A program made the position numbers and the translations under genes. Shown here in pieces: positions 49,012-59,157 of a stretch of DNA of 64,000 nt. Source of the DNA: Candidatus Sumerlaeia bacterium (lineage in GTDB: Bacteria; Sumerlaeota; Sumerlaeia; SLMS01; JANRJK01); contig JANRJK010000014.1 in assembly GCA_033764015.1 (NCBI GenBank), forward strand, positions 1 to 64,000. Direction: 5' to 3'. Position 1 is the first letter of the stretch; each line of letters begins with the position of its first letter. The notes below the pieces were generated by a model. It did no database searches and had not been told where the DNA came from. It saw only the letters and a program-made list of their open reading frames with translations.

Positions 49012-51864
49012 TTAGCACCCCAGCGCGGAGAGCCGCGCGCGCATGGCCTGGGCGTCCGCGGCCATGCGGTCGAGCTTCTCGCGCTCCTTGGCGACGACGG
49101 CCTCCGGCGCCCGAGCCGTGAAGTCCGCGTTGGCCAGCTTGGCGTTGGCGGCGGCGATGCCCTTCTCGAGGTGCGCGATCTCCTTCTCGAGGCGCTGCCG
49201 CTCCGCGGTCCGCAGCTCGTCCGGCAGCATCACGAACACCGTGGTGCCGCGGATCACCTGCGTGGCGGCGAAGGCCGGCGGCGCGATGGCCGCGGAGACG
49301 AGCTGGCTGCGGACGGTGGCGAGCGAGGCGATCTGCGCCGAGGCGGTGTCGAGCAGCGCGCGGCGCGCGGGCTCGCGCTCCTCGATGCGGATGTCCACCT
49401 TCATGTCGAGGGGCACCGCCATCTCGCCGCGGATCGCGCGGATCGCGGTGACGAGCTCCTGCAGGTAGGCGACCGAGTCCTCCGCGTGCTGGTCCGCGGC
49501 GCCGGCCGCGGGCCATGGGGCGACGCATAGGCTGGCGGGGGTGAACACGGCGCCGTTCGGGCCGTCGAGCAGCGGCGCGGGCGAACCCGCCTCCACCCCG
49601 TAGAGGCGGGTGCGGATCATCTGCCACACCTCCTCAGACGCGAACGGCAGCGCGGGGGCGAGGAGACGGCAGATCGTCTCGAGCACTTCGAGCACGGTAA
49701 CCTGCGAGGCGAGGCGCGACTCGCGCGCCACCACGTCCGCGGCGGCCCAGGCCCGCGTCTTCGCCAGTTCCAGGTACCAATCGCAGAACTGCTTCCACAC
49801 GAAGTCGTAGAGCGTGCCGACGTACTGGTCGAACTCGTAGCGTTCGAGCGACCGGGTGCAGCCCTCGACGGCGCGCGCGAGCTGCGACTGGATCCAGCGG
49901 TCCTCGACGCGGAGTCCGGTGGGCGGCGCGCCGGCGGCGAACTCCTTCGCGGTGACGCCCTGCGTCACCATCATGGCGAACCGCGCGGCGTTCCAGAACT
50001 TGTTCACGAAGTTGCGGTAGCCCTCGATGCGCGAGCGGTCGAGGTCGATCGTGCGGCCCTGCGACGCGTAGGCGGTGATCGCGAGGCGCAGCGCGTCCAT
50101 GCCGTAGAGGCGGCCCATCTCGAGCGGGTCGATCACATTGCCCTTCGACTTGGACATCTTCTCCCACTTGAACTCGACGCCCGGGGGGAGCTTGGGCATC
50201 TCGTCCAGCTCGCGCGCCTCCGCGCCCTTGATCAGCTCGAGGTGGCCCTCGTGGCGCCGGTAGTAGCTCTTACCGAAGATCAGGCCGTGCAGGAAGATGT
50301 CGGCGAAGGGGCGCTGGCCGGTGATCTCGTAGCTCATCATCGCCATGCGCGCGACCCAGAAGAACAGGATGTCGTGGCCCGTGACGAGCACCGACGTCGG
50401 GAAGTAGCGCGCCAGGTCCCCGGTCTTCTCCGGCCAACCCATGGTGGAGAAGGGCCAGAGCGCGCTCGAGAACCAAGTGTCGAGCACGTCCGTGTCCTGC
50501 TCCCACGCGGCGGGTTCCGCGGCGACCTCCGGCGGTAGGCCCTCGCCGTCGAAGCAGACGATGCGCGAGGGGTCGCCCTTGCGGTACCAGATGGGGATGC
50601 GGTGGCCCCACCAGAGCTGGCGGCTGATGCACCAATCGCGCACGTTGTCGAGCCAGTGGAACCAGACGCCCTCGTAGCTCTTGGGGAGGATGCGGATGTC
50701 GCCCTCGCGGACGGCGGCGGCGGCGCGCTCGGCGAGCGGCTTCATGCGCACGAACCACTGCTCGGACAGGCGGGGTTCGATGACCGCCTTGCTGCGGTAG
50801 GAGCGGCCGAGCCGCGTCTGGTACTTCTCCTCCTTGAGGAGGAGCCCCTGCTCCTTGAGCGCGGCGACCACGGCGCGGCGCGCCTCGAAGCGGTCCATGC
50901 CGGCGAAGCGCCCGCCGTGCTCGTTCAGCTTCGCGTCGGGGGTGAAGACGTTGAGCTGCGGCAGGCCGAGGCGCTGGCCGCAGTCGAAGTCGTTCGCGTC
51001 GTGCGCGGGGGTGATCTTCACCATGCCGGTGCCGAAGTCGGACTGGACGAAGCCGTCGGCGATGATCCCGATCTCGCGCTCCGTGAGCGGCAGGCGCACC
51101 ATGCGGCCCACGACGGAGGCGTAGCGCTCGTCCTGCGGGTTCACCGCCACCGCCACGTCGCCGAAAAGCGTTTCCGGGCGCGTGGTGGCGACCGTGGCGC
51201 CGCCCTTGGAGCCGTCCGCGAACGGGTAGCGGATATGGTACAGCATCCCCTCTTCGTCCTCGTAGTCCACTTCGTCGTCGGAGAGCGCGGTGAGGGTGAC
51301 GGGGTCCCAGTTGACTAGATAGAGGCCGCGGTAGATGAGGCCGCGGTCGAAGAGCATCTTGAAGGCCGCACGGACGGCGCGGGCGCGCGGCTCGTCCAGC
51401 GTGAAGGCGTCGCGCGTCCAGTCGCAGGAACAGCCGAGCGAGCGGATCTGCGACTTGATCGTGTTCTCCGATTTCTCCTTCCACTTCCAGGCTTCTTCGA
51501 GGAACGCCTCGCGGCCCATTGCGCGGGGGTCGCGGCCCTCGCGGCGGAGGTTTTCCGAGACGACGTGCTGCGTCGCGATGCCGGCGTGGTCCGTGCCGGG
51601 CACCCAGAGCGCGTCGCACCCCTTCATGCGGTGGAAGCGGATCAGCACATCCTGGATCGTCTGCGGCAGGCAGTGCCCCATGTGGAGCACGCCGGTGACG
51701 TTCGGCGGCGGGATGACGATGGTGTAGGGGTCGGCATCGGGACGCTGGCCGGCGCGGAAGAAGTTCCCGCTCCGCCAGAAGTCGAGCCAGCGGGCCTCGA
51801 CCGCCTCGGCTTGGAAAGTCTTGGGAAGCTCCGCCTGCGTGTTGCTGGTTTCCGTGCTCGTCAT
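49012..51864 (-). CDS. valS: Valine--tRNA ligase
   Basis: PPPNVTGVLHMGH, DHAGIATQ, DWCISRQLWWGH, DVLDTWFSS, KMSKS, C-terminal coiled coil. Confidence 0.98.
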   Translation of the reverse strand: MTSTETSNTQAELPKTFQAEAVEARWLDFWRSGNFFRAGQRPDADPYTIVIPPPNVTGVLHMGHCLPQTIQDVLIRFHRMKGCDALWVPGTDHAGIATQHVVSENLRREGRDPRAMGREAFLEEAWKWKEKSENTIKSQIRSLGCSCDWTRDAFTLDEPRARAVRAAFKMLFDRGLIYRGLYLVNWDPVTLTALSDDEVDYEDEEGMLYHIRYPFADGSKGGATVATTRPETLFGDVAVAVNPQDERYASVVGRMVRLPLTEREIGIIADGFVQSDFGTGMVKITPAHDANDFDCGQRLGLPQLNVFTPDAKLNEHGGRFAGMDRFEARRAVVAALKEQGLLLKEEKYQTRLGRSYRSKAVIEPRLSEQWFVRMKPLAERAAAAVREGDIRILPKSYEGVWFHWLDNVRDWCISRQLWWGHRIPIWYRKGDPSRIVCFDGEGLPPEVAAEPAAWEQDTDVLDTWFSSALWPFSTMGWPEKTGDLARYFPTSVLVTGHDILFFWVARMAMMSYEITGQRPFADIFLHGLIFGKSYYRRHEGHLELIKGAEARELDEMPKLPPGVEFKWEKMSKSKGNVIDPLEMGRLYGMDALRLAITAYASQGRTIDLDRSRIEGYRNFVNKFWNAARFAMMVTQGVTAKEFAAGAPPTGLRVEDRWIQSQLARAVEGCTRSLERYEFDQYVGTLYDFVWKQFCDWYLELAKTRAWAAADVVARESRLASQVTVLEVLETICRLLAPALPFASEEVWQMIRTRLYGVEAGSPAPLLDGPNGAVFTPASLCVAPWPAAGAADQHAEDSVAYLQELVTAIRAIRGEMAVPLDMKVDIRIEEREPARRALLDTASAQIASLATVRSQLVSAAIAPPAFAATQVIRGTTVFVMLPDELRTAERQRLEKEIAHLEKGIAAANAKLANADFTARAPEAVVAKEREKLDRMAADAQAMRARLSALGC

Positions 51865-51953
51865 CGGTGCGCCTTCGGCCTGTTGGGGTGCGCTCTGGGC
51901 GCAACCGGAACAGGGTGCTGGCGGCCCCTCGGGCGTGGCAATGGCCGATGGGG

Positions 51954-53366
51954 CTACTCGATCAGGATGCCCTCGGGGAACGCCGCCTTCCAGCCGAACC
52001 AGAACGCGCGGTGGGCGGGAAGCCGCGCGAGGCGACGTCCCCCGGGGCCTTCGAGCGCCTCCTCCGACACGGTCCAAGGAGCGCCTTCGGCGTCGACCAG
52101 GAAGCCCTCCTCCCCGCGCTGGAACGCGCCGCCCCGCGATTCGTAGACGCGGTTGGCCCCGCTGGCGTCGGTCAGGACCAGGAAGGAAACGCCGCCGTGC
52201 TCGCCGGCGAAGAGCGGCTCGTCGGCGAGGCGGGCCGCGGCGATCGCGAGCGGCGGCCCCGGGCCGACCTCGAGCGACAGCACCTCCGCCTTGTTCGCCA
52301 GCCGGGTGTCGTCGGTGGGGACGGGGAACATCAACTCGTCGCTCGCGAAGTAGTCGCGGTAGGCGGCGCCCTCGGAGTAGTCGCGGGCGTGGCCCGTCTC
52401 GACGGAGAGCACGGTTGTGTCCGGGTGGCGGCGGCGCCATTCGCCCCAGGTCGTGGTGACCACCCATCGCTCCGGCAGCTCGATCCCCTTGCCGACCAGG
52501 GGCCCGACGACCGGCGTCCCCTCCATCGTCGACCAGAGCGACATCGTGGCCCGGTCGTACATCAGCTTGTTCGAGCGATAGAGGAAGCCGCTGGTGCCGA
52601 GTTCGTGGCGGACGCCGTCCACCTCGGTCTCGTAAACGATGACCGTGCCGCAGAGGGTGCAGTACACGCCGGCGAGCGACACGCCGCCCACGGTGTCGGT
52701 GAACATTTCGTGCCAGGCGAGGATGCGCTTCGGGTAGGCGCGCGCGTCGCCGTCCACTTCGATGCCGAAGACCACGTCCGTGTCGGCGAGGTAGCCTGCG
52801 TCGGCGGCGGCTAGCATGGCGGGGTTGTGGAGGGGGGGGATGCCGTCTCGCTTCACGCCGCCCCAGAAGATCTCCTCGAAGCGGATCGTGCGGGGCGGGT
52901 CGCCCGCGAAGTACTCCGCGAAGGACGGGTCGATGACGGTGTAGGCCTGCTCCTTGAAGCGGGCGTAGAACGGATCGGTGAACGTTGGCCCCGCCCAGAG
53001 CGCCTTCACCCTGCCGCGCATGTCGGCCCGAAGGTCGGCGCCGGTCATCTCCCTGTAGAACCGCGCCACCGCGGTCATGTTCTTCGGGGGCCAGTCGAGC
53101 ATGAGGGCTTCGATGAACGCCATCTCGACCTCGTTGCTCCACTGCTCGCGGACCAGCGGCGCGTACCGCGAGTTCCCGATGCGGACGACACTTGCGAGCA
53201 TCCACGGTTCCAGCTCGTCCGGCAGCGGCGTCCAGTTTTCGCGCGCATGGATCGCGGCGACAGCGTAGGTGTCGGGATCGAGGAGCACGTTCGCGCCGAG
53301 CGCGGCGGCGCCGAGGCCGAGGACCGCCAGGGCGGAGCGGAGGCGCAGGCGTCGGGCATGTTTCAT
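51954..53366 (-). CDS. DUF3179 family exported protein
   Basis: GGVKRDGIP, WHEMFTD, YCTLC, SGFLYRSNKLMYD, FWFGWKA. Confidence 0.88.
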   Translation of the reverse strand: MKHARRLRLRSALAVLGLGAAALGANVLLDPDTYAVAAIHARENWTPLPDELEPWMLASVVRIGNSRYAPLVREQWSNEVEMAFIEALMLDWPPKNMTAVARFYREMTGADLRADMRGRVKALWAGPTFTDPFYARFKEQAYTVIDPSFAEYFAGDPPRTIRFEEIFWGGVKRDGIPPLHNPAMLAAADAGYLADTDVVFGIEVDGDARAYPKRILAWHEMFTDTVGGVSLAGVYCTLCGTVIVYETEVDGVRHELGTSGFLYRSNKLMYDRATMSLWSTMEGTPVVGPLVGKGIELPERWVVTTTWGEWRRRHPDTTVLSVETGHARDYSEGAAYRDYFASDELMFPVPTDDTRLANKAEVLSLEVGPGPPLAIAAARLADEPLFAGEHGGVSFLVLTDASGANRVYESRGGAFQRGEEGFLVDAEGAPWTVSEEALEGPGGRRLARLPAHRAFWFGWKAAFPEGILIE

Positions 53367-53463
53367 CGGCGTGCTCCTTGGGAGGCGGCAGTGTTGCGTC
53401 GGGCAAGTCTCCCGCCAACAAGAATCCCCGTGTTGCGCGGGCAGCGGGGGCGTCCGGCGACGA

Positions 53464-55926
53464 CTACTCGCGGTTCGGCGCGTGACTTCGCGCCCCTCCG
53501 CGGCGTGTGGCGGAGACGCGCCAGCCGCTGAGGGCGTCGAACTCGACACGGACGGCGCCGTCGCGGTCCGTGCGCCAGACCTCCGCGCCGGCGGCCGACG
53601 CGCGGGCGAGCACCTCCGGCGACGGATGGCCGAAGTTGTTCCCGGCGCCGGCGCTCGCCACGACAACGGCGGGGCGCGCGGCGGCGAGGAGCGCATCGCC
53701 GGTCGCGGCGCGCGCTCCGTGGTGCCCGGCCTTGAGGATCGGCGCGGCGACGTCGGCGCCGGCGGCGAGGATGTCCGCCTCCGCTTCCAACTCCGCGTCG
53801 CCCGTCAGAAGCGCCGCGGCGCGCCCGGCGACCGACACCCGCAGGACGAGCGACGCGTCGTTGCGCGCCGAGCCCTCCGCGAGGAAGCGCTCCGTCGGGT
53901 GCAGCACCTCCACCTCGACCGGCGGGTGGCCGAAGCGGAAGCGGTCGCCGCGCGCGAGCGACGATGCGATGGCGTCCGCGTGGAGGAGGCGGGCGCGGAG
54001 CTCGCCGAAGACGGCGGTCTCCGCCATGCCCCCTGCGTCGAGGACCGCGGCCACCTCCGCGGCGTCGAGCACCGCGACCGCCCCGCCGATGTGGTCCGCG
54101 TCCGCGTGCGTCAGCGCCATCCAGTCGAGCCGGCGCACCCGGAGCGCCTCGAGCCAGCGGGCCGCCTGGCCTTCCCGCCCCGCGTCGACCAGCGCGAAGC
54201 GGCCGTCCCCGGTGCGCAGCAGGATCGCGTCGCCCTGACCCACATCCAGGAACCACACGGTGAGCGGCGGCAGCGGCCCGCGCAGCAGCGGCGCCCAGAG
54301 GAACACGGTCGCGAGGAGTCCCGCGGTGGCGGCGAGCCGGCCGAGCGGCGCGCGCTCCGGAGTGGGCCAGCGCCACGTCCACGGGCCCGCCAGCACCAGC
54401 CCGAGCCAGGCCGCCAACGCCGGCCCGGGGAGCGCCGGCGCGGGCGCGGAAGCCCACGGCAGCGCGCCAAGCCCTCGGACAAGGTCGGCGCAAAGGGCCA
54501 AGGGGAGTTCGAGCGCGGAGAGGGGCATCACGGCAAGCTCGGGCAGCACCGCCCCGAGCAGGTGCGCCACGAACCCTGCGAGCACCAGGAACGAGAGCGG
54601 AGCCAGCAGCAGCGCGTTCGCCAGCGGCGCCGCGAGCGACACCTGCCCGAACCAGTCCGCCAGCAGCGGCGCCGCGCCGAGCTGGATCGCCGTCGTGACG
54701 AACAGCGCCTTGAGCGCCGCGATGGCGAAGTCGCTTCCCGGGTAGTAGCGGATGGGGCGCCCGGCCACCTCTTCGATGCGGATCGTCCACGGGGTGCTGA
54801 GCACCAGCACCGCGGCGCAGAGGAACGTGAGCTGGAATTCGAGCGTGTGGATCGCGCCGGGGGCCTGCATGGCCAGCGCGAGGAACACGCAGGACAGCGC
54901 GGAGGGCCCGTCCACCGGGCGCTCCCATGCCTCCGAGAGCGCGAACACCGCGAGGAGCAGCGCGGAACGCAGCACCGGCGGCTCCGCACCCGTCATCACC
55001 ACGAACCAGGCGAGCGATGGAACGAACACGGCGACCCGGGGCCACGCGCCGAACCCCAGCCAGCGCAGGAACCAGAGCGTCACCATGCCCACCAGCATCG
55101 TGTGGAAGCCGCTGACGGAGAAGATGTGGACCAGGCCGCTGCGCTCGAACGCCTCGTAGAGCGGCGGCTCCAGGCCCGCGGTGTCGCCCAGCAGGAGCGC
55201 GTTGAGCAGCCGCCCCTCCGGCCCGGGCAGCGAAGCGAGCGTGGCGTCGCCGGTCGCGCGGGCGGCGTCCTCGGCGAGCTGCCAGAGCCGCGGCAGCAAG
55301 GCGCCGGTGGGCTCCGAGGCGAGGAGCGCCTTGCCGTTGAGGATTGCGACGAAGCCATGCGCCCGGAAGCCGCGGTCGGGCGTGCGCTCAGAGCGCGAGT
55401 GCGTCAGCTCGCGCACGGCGCCGAGGATCCGGGCGCGGTCGCCGGCGCGCGGAGGAGTTTCGTCGGGGAGATAGGCCAGCATCGGGGCGGGGAGCTCGAC
55501 AGTGCGGCCGGCGCTGGCGAGGCGCACCGGCGCGGCGAGCTCGACGCGCCAGCTCCCCGTGGCGGTGCGCGCCGGCGGGCGCGCGACGACGCCTTCCGCT
55601 TCCGCGAGCACCTCCGCGGTGTCCATGACCGATTCGAGCGACGCGAAGGCGAGCGCCTCGCGCTCCGCGAGGCGGCCCTGCTGCGCGGAGCCGAGCGCCG
55701 CGAACCCCGCGAGCAGCAGCGCGAGCCGCGCCGCGCGCCGCCACGGGCCGAGCGCCGCCGCGAGCGCGCCGAGCGCCAGCGCGAACACCGGCTCCCAATG
55801 CGACGCCGGCGGGGGCCACGCCAGCGCGCCGCACAGATACGCCGCCGCCGCGTGCGCCATGGGGCGCGCCACGGGCCAGCCGCGCGGGCTCCCGCCAGTC
55901 GGTGCTTGAGGCGCTGCCGGTTCCAT
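53464..55926 (-). CDS. comEC: DNA internalization competence protein ComEC/Rec2
   Basis: GLVHIFSVSGFH, FQLTF, LDVGQGDA, THADADH, LLTGD, GHHG, FGHP, RTDRDG. Confidence 0.95.
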   Translation of the reverse strand: MEPAAPQAPTGGSPRGWPVARPMAHAAAAYLCGALAWPPPASHWEPVFALALGALAAALGPWRRAARLALLLAGFAALGSAQQGRLAEREALAFASLESVMDTAEVLAEAEGVVARPPARTATGSWRVELAAPVRLASAGRTVELPAPMLAYLPDETPPRAGDRARILGAVRELTHSRSERTPDRGFRAHGFVAILNGKALLASEPTGALLPRLWQLAEDAARATGDATLASLPGPEGRLLNALLLGDTAGLEPPLYEAFERSGLVHIFSVSGFHTMLVGMVTLWFLRWLGFGAWPRVAVFVPSLAWFVVMTGAEPPVLRSALLLAVFALSEAWERPVDGPSALSCVFLALAMQAPGAIHTLEFQLTFLCAAVLVLSTPWTIRIEEVAGRPIRYYPGSDFAIAALKALFVTTAIQLGAAPLLADWFGQVSLAAPLANALLLAPLSFLVLAGFVAHLLGAVLPELAVMPLSALELPLALCADLVRGLGALPWASAPAPALPGPALAAWLGLVLAGPWTWRWPTPERAPLGRLAATAGLLATVFLWAPLLRGPLPPLTVWFLDVGQGDAILLRTGDGRFALVDAGREGQAARWLEALRVRRLDWMALTHADADHIGGAVAVLDAAEVAAVLDAGGMAETAVFGELRARLLHADAIASSLARGDRFRFGHPPVEVEVLHPTERFLAEGSARNDASLVLRVSVAGRAAALLTGDAELEAEADILAAGADVAAPILKAGHHGARAATGDALLAAARPAVVVASAGAGNNFGHPSPEVLARASAAGAEVWRTDRDGAVRVEFDALSGWRVSATRRGGARSHAPNRE

Positions 55927-55976
55927 GCGAAGCATTCGCCGACACTCCCGGAAGGGAGGTCGAGAGGGACCCGCCC

Positions 55977-57113
55977 GTGATCCGCTTCGAGCCCGAGGAC
56001 CCGCCGCACTGCGCGCCGCTGGTGCATCCGGCGCGCGATCCCTTGACGCGGCGCGCGCGGCTCTCGGCGATCCTCCTTTGCGGCATCGCGGGCGCGGGGG
56101 TGCTCGCCGCGGCGCTCGTCGGCGCCATGCGCGGCGAGGGCCTCGACCCGCTGGTGCTCGCCGTGGTCGCCACCGCCGGCATCGTGGTGGCCAGCCGCCT
56201 GCCGCTCCTCACCGAAATCCTCCTCGGCATCCTCGACCGCGCGGAGGCGCTCGAAAACGCCCCCGACTCCGCGGACGTGCTCCGGCGGCTCGCGCTCGGC
56301 GTCCTGGCCCCGTGGCTCCTGTCCTTCCTCGCGGTGATGCGCCTCCGCGACCCCGCGGAAACGCTCGCCGTCCTGCTACTCATCCTCCTGGCGGAGGCCG
56401 CCTACCGCCTCGGCGGCATGTCGCGCTGGCGCGGGACTCCGCTTGAGACCGATGTGCTCAAGGCGGTGTTCACCGACGACCTCGACCGCGGGCTGATGGC
56501 GATCACCCAGGCGAAGCACCTCACGCCGCGGGAGTTCGAGGCCAACACGCTCGCCGTCGAGGGAATGGCGCTCGGCCGGGAGAACCGCCATGCGATCGGG
56601 CTCCTCCTCGGCGTGGCGCGGCGCCGCCTCGAACGCACCCGCGATTACTCGCTCCCGGAGCGCGAGGTGGAGCGCACGGTGCTCATCCTCGAAGCGGACC
56701 TCGCGCGGCTGCAGGACGCGGAGGGCGCGGTGGCCGAAGAGGCGAAGGCGCTCCGCGCGCTGGGCCCCGGGCACCCGCGGCGCCTCGCCCTGGCGCTCTT
56801 CGTCGCCACCAGCGCGCTCGAGATCGGCCAGCCGGAGGCCGCCCTGAAGGCGCTCCGCAGGCTGCACGCGCGCGAAGTGGTGACGGAGGCGGGCCGCCTC
56901 CTCGTCAACTGGCTCCTCTCCGAGGCCGCCCACCGCGCCGGAGACCTCGCGATGCGCGAGAAGGCCGAGCGCGCGATGAAGACCTTCAACGTCCGCCGCA
57001 TCGCCTCCACCATCGCCGTGGACGAACTGAAGGGGGGCATCGACCGCGACCCCTACGCGCGCTGGATCGTCCGCGCGCGCGACGCGCTGATCGAGGCGCG
57101 CGACGCCAAATAA
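55977..57113 (+). CDS. Hypothetical membrane protein with helical (TPR-like) C-terminus
   Basis: 4 TM segments followed by an alpha-helical domain; GTG 55977. Confidence 0.6.
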   Translation: MIRFEPEDPPHCAPLVHPARDPLTRRARLSAILLCGIAGAGVLAAALVGAMRGEGLDPLVLAVVATAGIVVASRLPLLTEILLGILDRAEALENAPDSADVLRRLALGVLAPWLLSFLAVMRLRDPAETLAVLLLILLAEAAYRLGGMSRWRGTPLETDVLKAVFTDDLDRGLMAITQAKHLTPREFEANTLAVEGMALGRENRHAIGLLLGVARRRLERTRDYSLPEREVERTVLILEADLARLQDAEGAVAEEAKALRALGPGHPRRLALALFVATSALEIGQPEAALKALRRLHAREVVTEAGRLLVNWLLSEAAHRAGDLAMREKAERAMKTFNVRRIASTIAVDELKGGIDRDPYARWIVRARDALIEARDAK

Positions 57114-57231
57114 TCTCCGACCCACAAGCTCGACGTTACTGCTCGGCAATGTGCCCTTGCGAACCGGGGGGGGTGGCGCCACCCTCCATCCGGTCGATCT
57201 TTTCCCGTCCCTCCCACCCGTCAGGCGGCCC

Positions 57232-58962
57232 ATGCGCATCACCTACTTGGATGACGACTTCCTCGGCGTCGAAACCGGGAACAACCGCGAGGTCGAGTCG
57301 GCCCTGCGGGACCTGTCTACATCTCGCTGGAACGCCGCGGAGCACCGGTGGGAGATCCACCTGTCGCACCTGCCCGACCTGATCGGCCTGTTCCGCCTGC
57401 CGCCGGACAAGATTCCCCAGAACCTGATGAAGCGCTTCGAGGAGAGCTGGCTCTCCTGCGAAGTACGCGTCGAAGTGAACCACGCCAACTGCCGCATCCT
57501 CGGCTCCGGCGTCCCGGTCCGCGACATCGAGCAGCTCACCAGCTTCGAGCTGCCGGACCGCGTGGCGTCGCCGGAGTTCCTCGAGGGCGAATGGGACGGA
57601 CGCCACCACCTCTTCGACCGCCGCGCGTTCACCTTCCCGACGGGGCTGCTGCCGCCGGTGGTGGCGCGGCTGAAGGAATTGAAGAAACGCTTCCAGATCC
57701 AGGACAGCCGGGCCCCCTACGAGCCCGGCCCCGCGCCGCCCGATGAACTGCTGGCGCCGCTTTGCGCCGCCGACCGCCGCCTCGTCGAAGCGGCCCGGCT
57801 CGCGGGGCGCCTGACCGCCGTCCGCCAGCGCTTCGCCGGCGAAGGCGAGCTGATCCGCGCGCTCCTCGCCACCGCCGGCGACAGCGCCGTGATCCTGGCG
57901 CCGACGATGCTGGACGCGGAGGAGCTCGCCGCGCTTCTCGAACCGCACGGCGTCGTGCTGTTCCGCAAGGCCGGCGACCTCGGCGCGAAGCACCTGCTGC
58001 TGCCGATCGACGAGGCCACCGCGCTCTTCGCCCACATGGACCGCGAGGGCGCCCCGCGCCATTTCACCGCGGAGGAGAAGCGCCGCGCGCTGATGATCGG
58101 CCTACGCATGCGCCGCGAGCGCGCCCTCATCGTGCCCCGCGTCAGCGCCATCGCCGCCGACCGCATCCACACGCTCGCCATGCACGCCACCGAGGCCGCC
58201 GTCCGCATCGCCATCACCCGCCTCCCGATGCGCGAGGACGGCATGGAGCGCATCCTCGCCGGAGCCTTCGGCCCCTGGGAGACGTTCATCTCCGCGGGCG
58301 ACGCGGTCCGCGACCTCGGCCTCCCCTCGGTCGAGCTCAAGGAAGTCGCCGCGCCGTTCTACTACCGCGTCGAGCGCGACCGGCCCTACTCGGAGATCCT
58401 CAAGAACGGCATCTACGAGAACGGCCCCCGCACCGAGCTGATCGAGCAGATCGCCGCCAGCGAGGCGGAGGGGGGCCGCACCCCCGTGGTGCTGGTCGAG
58501 GACGCCGCCTTCCGCGACGCGCTCGCGCCGCGCATCGCCGCCCACGCGGTCGCGTACACCTACGCCGAGGCGCTCGAACCGCTCCGCATCCTCGCCGCCG
58601 GGCAGTCCGACGTCGTCCCGACGCTCCTTTTCGCCGAACCCCCCGCCAACGCGAGCGGCGCGCTGCGGCTGCTGCTGCAGGTCTGCGAAGCCGTCGGCGC
58701 GCCGGCCGCGGGGAAGCGCTCCAAGGCCAAGCGCACGCTCCGCCTCTTCGACTTCCGCGACCCGCTGCCCGGACTCCGCCGGCGCAACGACCAGCGCTTC
58801 CGCGCCTACCAGCAGTTCGAAGGATGGATCCGCCTGATGGCGGGGAGCGGCGGCATCACCGGCGGCGGCGCCGCCCCGATCACCATCTCGAACCGCGAAC
58901 CCAAAGGCGGCCGCCGCCGCGGCTTCGCCAAGGCCACGCCCCGGAACGCGGAACGCGGGTAA
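57232..58962 (+). CDS. Degenerate superfamily-2 (UvsW/XPB-like) helicase with N-terminal HARP-like domain
   Basis: RWNAAEHRWEI, WDG..LF....FPTGLL, RIAITRLPMREDG, LFDFRD..R.RAY retained; no GKT or DExH. Confidence 0.65.
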   Translation: MRITYLDDDFLGVETGNNREVESALRDLSTSRWNAAEHRWEIHLSHLPDLIGLFRLPPDKIPQNLMKRFEESWLSCEVRVEVNHANCRILGSGVPVRDIEQLTSFELPDRVASPEFLEGEWDGRHHLFDRRAFTFPTGLLPPVVARLKELKKRFQIQDSRAPYEPGPAPPDELLAPLCAADRRLVEAARLAGRLTAVRQRFAGEGELIRALLATAGDSAVILAPTMLDAEELAALLEPHGVVLFRKAGDLGAKHLLLPIDEATALFAHMDREGAPRHFTAEEKRRALMIGLRMRRERALIVPRVSAIAADRIHTLAMHATEAAVRIAITRLPMREDGMERILAGAFGPWETFISAGDAVRDLGLPSVELKEVAAPFYYRVERDRPYSEILKNGIYENGPRTELIEQIAASEAEGGRTPVVLVEDAAFRDALAPRIAAHAVAYTYAEALEPLRILAAGQSDVVPTLLFAEPPANASGALRLLLQVCEAVGAPAAGKRSKAKRTLRLFDFRDPLPGLRRRNDQRFRAYQQFEGWIRLMAGSGGITGGGAAPITISNREPKGGRRRGFAKATPRNAERG

Positions 58963-59157
58963 CAGCCGCCCGGGCGGTCATCGAGCCCCCGGCGGCGCGC
59001 AGGCAGACCGAATCCGAGTCCCACTCGGCCTAAGCAAGCGTTCGAAGAGCAGCCGGGATAGCTTGGAAAAGGCGGAAGGGGCTGATGGACCTGCAATGTG
59101 CCGCACAGAGCCGAAGGACGCCTTGTGATGCGGCAGACTGCAACCATCACCTACTCA

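Noticed and set aside
51865..53421. Apparent ~500-aa N-terminal extension of ValRS in the ORF track
   Set aside because: Arg/Pro-rich off-frame read-through of the DUF3179 gene; the real start is ATG 51864.
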